Assembly (NCBI RefSeq): GCF_006345805.1
Contig: NW_021828139.1
Location: forward strand, 1 to 9,056
Direction: 5' to 3'
DNA from: Octopus sinensis
Taxonomy: Eukaryota
DNA: 9,056 bases
Shown here: positions 7,625 through 9,056 of the stretch, in pieces
Layout: each line of letters begins with the position of its first letter
Numbering within the stretch: position 1 is the stretch's first letter
Notes under the pieces: generated by a model
Told to the model about the DNA's origin: nothing
The model's database searches: none
Seen by the model: the letters and a program-made list of their open reading frames with translations, nothing else
Program-made: the position numbers and the translations under genes

Positions 7625-7751
7625 ACGTTGGGCCTTTTTCAGTTTCCGACTAATAAATCCACTCACAGGGCCTTTATCTCTCTCGGGCTATCGTAGAAGA
7701 CACTCACTCGAGGTGCAGAGGAATTGAACCAAGAACCATGTGGTTGGCAAG
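7625..7751 (-). mobile_element. Partial, more diverged copy of the CORE-type SINE (5' half)
   Basis: TTTCAGTTTCCG, AAATCCACTCACA, GTAGAAGACACT and GAACCATGTGGTTGG match ~252-380 directly and the reverse complement of ~6678-6812. Confidence 0.85.
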
Positions 7752-7754
7752 TAC

Positions 7755-7885
7755 ATGTGTGGATATTAGCTCGCATGTGTGCGTGTACACACACAGATAT
7801 ACACACATACTTACGTATGTACATACATATACACACATACGCCTACTTTAAGTTGTGTGTGTGTGTGTCTGTATGTGTGTGTGTC

Positions 7886-7925
<40 letters not shown>

Positions 7926-7937
7926 TGTGTGTGTGTG
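7755..7937. repeat. (CA/TA)n and (TG)n microsatellites
   Basis: Degenerate CA/TA tract, then long (TG)n at 7855-7937. Confidence 0.95.
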
Positions 7938-7964
7938 ATGAGATATAAATTTTAAAACAAATAA

Positions 7965-8285
7965 AGAAATGCTCGTATCTCGCTGATACATAGACAAGAA
8001 GCCTCGACCTAGAGTACCCCACGACTGCATCTGCTAACAACCCATCCCCTATTCGAACCCGTGACAATTTCCTGCATGGAACGGTGCAAATTGCATCTAA
8101 GCGTCTAATGTCCACCAGGAATGGTTCTTTCAAGGCCATTGCTGACGTCTTTCCCATGACTCGATTATATGAGCATCGTCTAAAAACCGCTCCCTAAATC
8201 CTCTTCAATTTTCTGGGCATTGTCCGCGTCAGAATGTTCAGCCTTGCTAAACATTCAGTGATTCTCCTATCCTGTTTTGCTACAA
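7965..8285 (-). mobile_element. Possible highly decayed RTE-type LINE 3' end
   Basis: Higher GC than its flanks. Minus-strand frames give ITECLARLNILTRTMPRK, SWERRQQWP*K, LVDIRRLD and SRVRIGDGLLADAV, loosely echoing the RTE C-terminus (RL.W.GH..RMP; W.R..GRP.K.W; D...L; A.DR..W..LV). Confidence 0.35.
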
Positions 8286-8610
8286 TTAAACTATTTTAAT
8301 ATTTTTACTCCATTGTTGTATTGGTTCTTGTTGTCATAAAGGTGTTGTGTTTTTTTTTCTGGCGAGCCACCATCTTCAGTTGAATGTAAACAAATAAAAT
8401 TATGTTCAAAAGAAATGTCAAAAACTGACAAATTTTATCTGTTTCGTGATACAGGGAGATTGCTGAAGTATTGCAGAAGACTTCCTTCAAAGAAAATATC
8501 CAAAAAGAAATGGATGGCGGATCAAATCAGGACTTAAAAAGCCAAAAGAAACGTCTCTAACCATTTTGTTCGACGCTATTCTTGGTATCATCTGTTATCT
8601 GGTATCTTTA

Positions 8611-8740
8611 GTGGTTGGACATCATTCCTTGATTCTTGGGTACCTTTAATTGTTCAACACCAACCGCTCTTAATCCATGCATACGTTTTGTGGGTCGACA
8701 CCATCCATTGATCCTCGAATCCTTTAATTGTTCAACACCA
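8611..8740 (+). repeat. Direct repeat, 2 x ~52 bp, period ~78 bp
   Basis: Exact 20-mer CCTTTAATTGTTCAACACCA at 8643 and 8721, with diverged similarity extending upstream to 8611 and 8690. Confidence 0.9.
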
Positions 8741-9056
8741 CTTTCCTGGCCCTTGTTTGCCTGCAGCACACTCCACACTTAAAGTAATTATTTGGCCCTG
8801 ATCCCCCGACCTAAAGATAACTTCCCCCTTACCTTTTATTATTGACAGAGGCCCTGAAAAGACACGTGACCAATGCCCTCAAATACCCGCGAACCACCAT
8901 ACCTTGACAAAACAATCAAAACAAGTTGCCTTGATTTATGTTGTGTGTTCAAATTCTGCTTGGATTAATTTTGTATTTTATCTCTGAGGGTGGAATCAAT
9001 TAAAGCCACTAATGCCCTTCACTATGATTGTGTCCAAAATTCCAAATATAAATCAT

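Overview
AT-rich, microsatellite-dense animal repeat DNA with no intact protein-coding gene; most supplied ORFs are translations of simple repeats. The SINE families look like those of octopus/coleoid cephalopods (inference from recalled sequence, not a database result). The window is a mosaic of decayed mobile elements: three copies of a tRNA-headed CORE-type SINE (40-414 minus, 6651-7024 plus, partial 7625-7751 minus); one copy of a second SINE family (6269-6455); a disrupted DD34E Tc1 transposon with candidate TIRs and TA target sites (3342-4444); a 5'-truncated Penelope-like retroelement (PLE) with a GIY-YIG endonuclease remnant and an inverted terminal repeat, set in (TA)n (4784-5620); a second PLE 3' end (642-~1550); a probable Helentron-associated element with 167-bp-period repeats (~5758-6241); and a possible RTE-LINE 3' remnant. 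The most interesting signal is a cluster of four hammerhead-ribozyme-like motifs with non-canonical cores, one carrying a ~130-nt structured insert in stem II. I cannot support a claim of a wholly new biological system.
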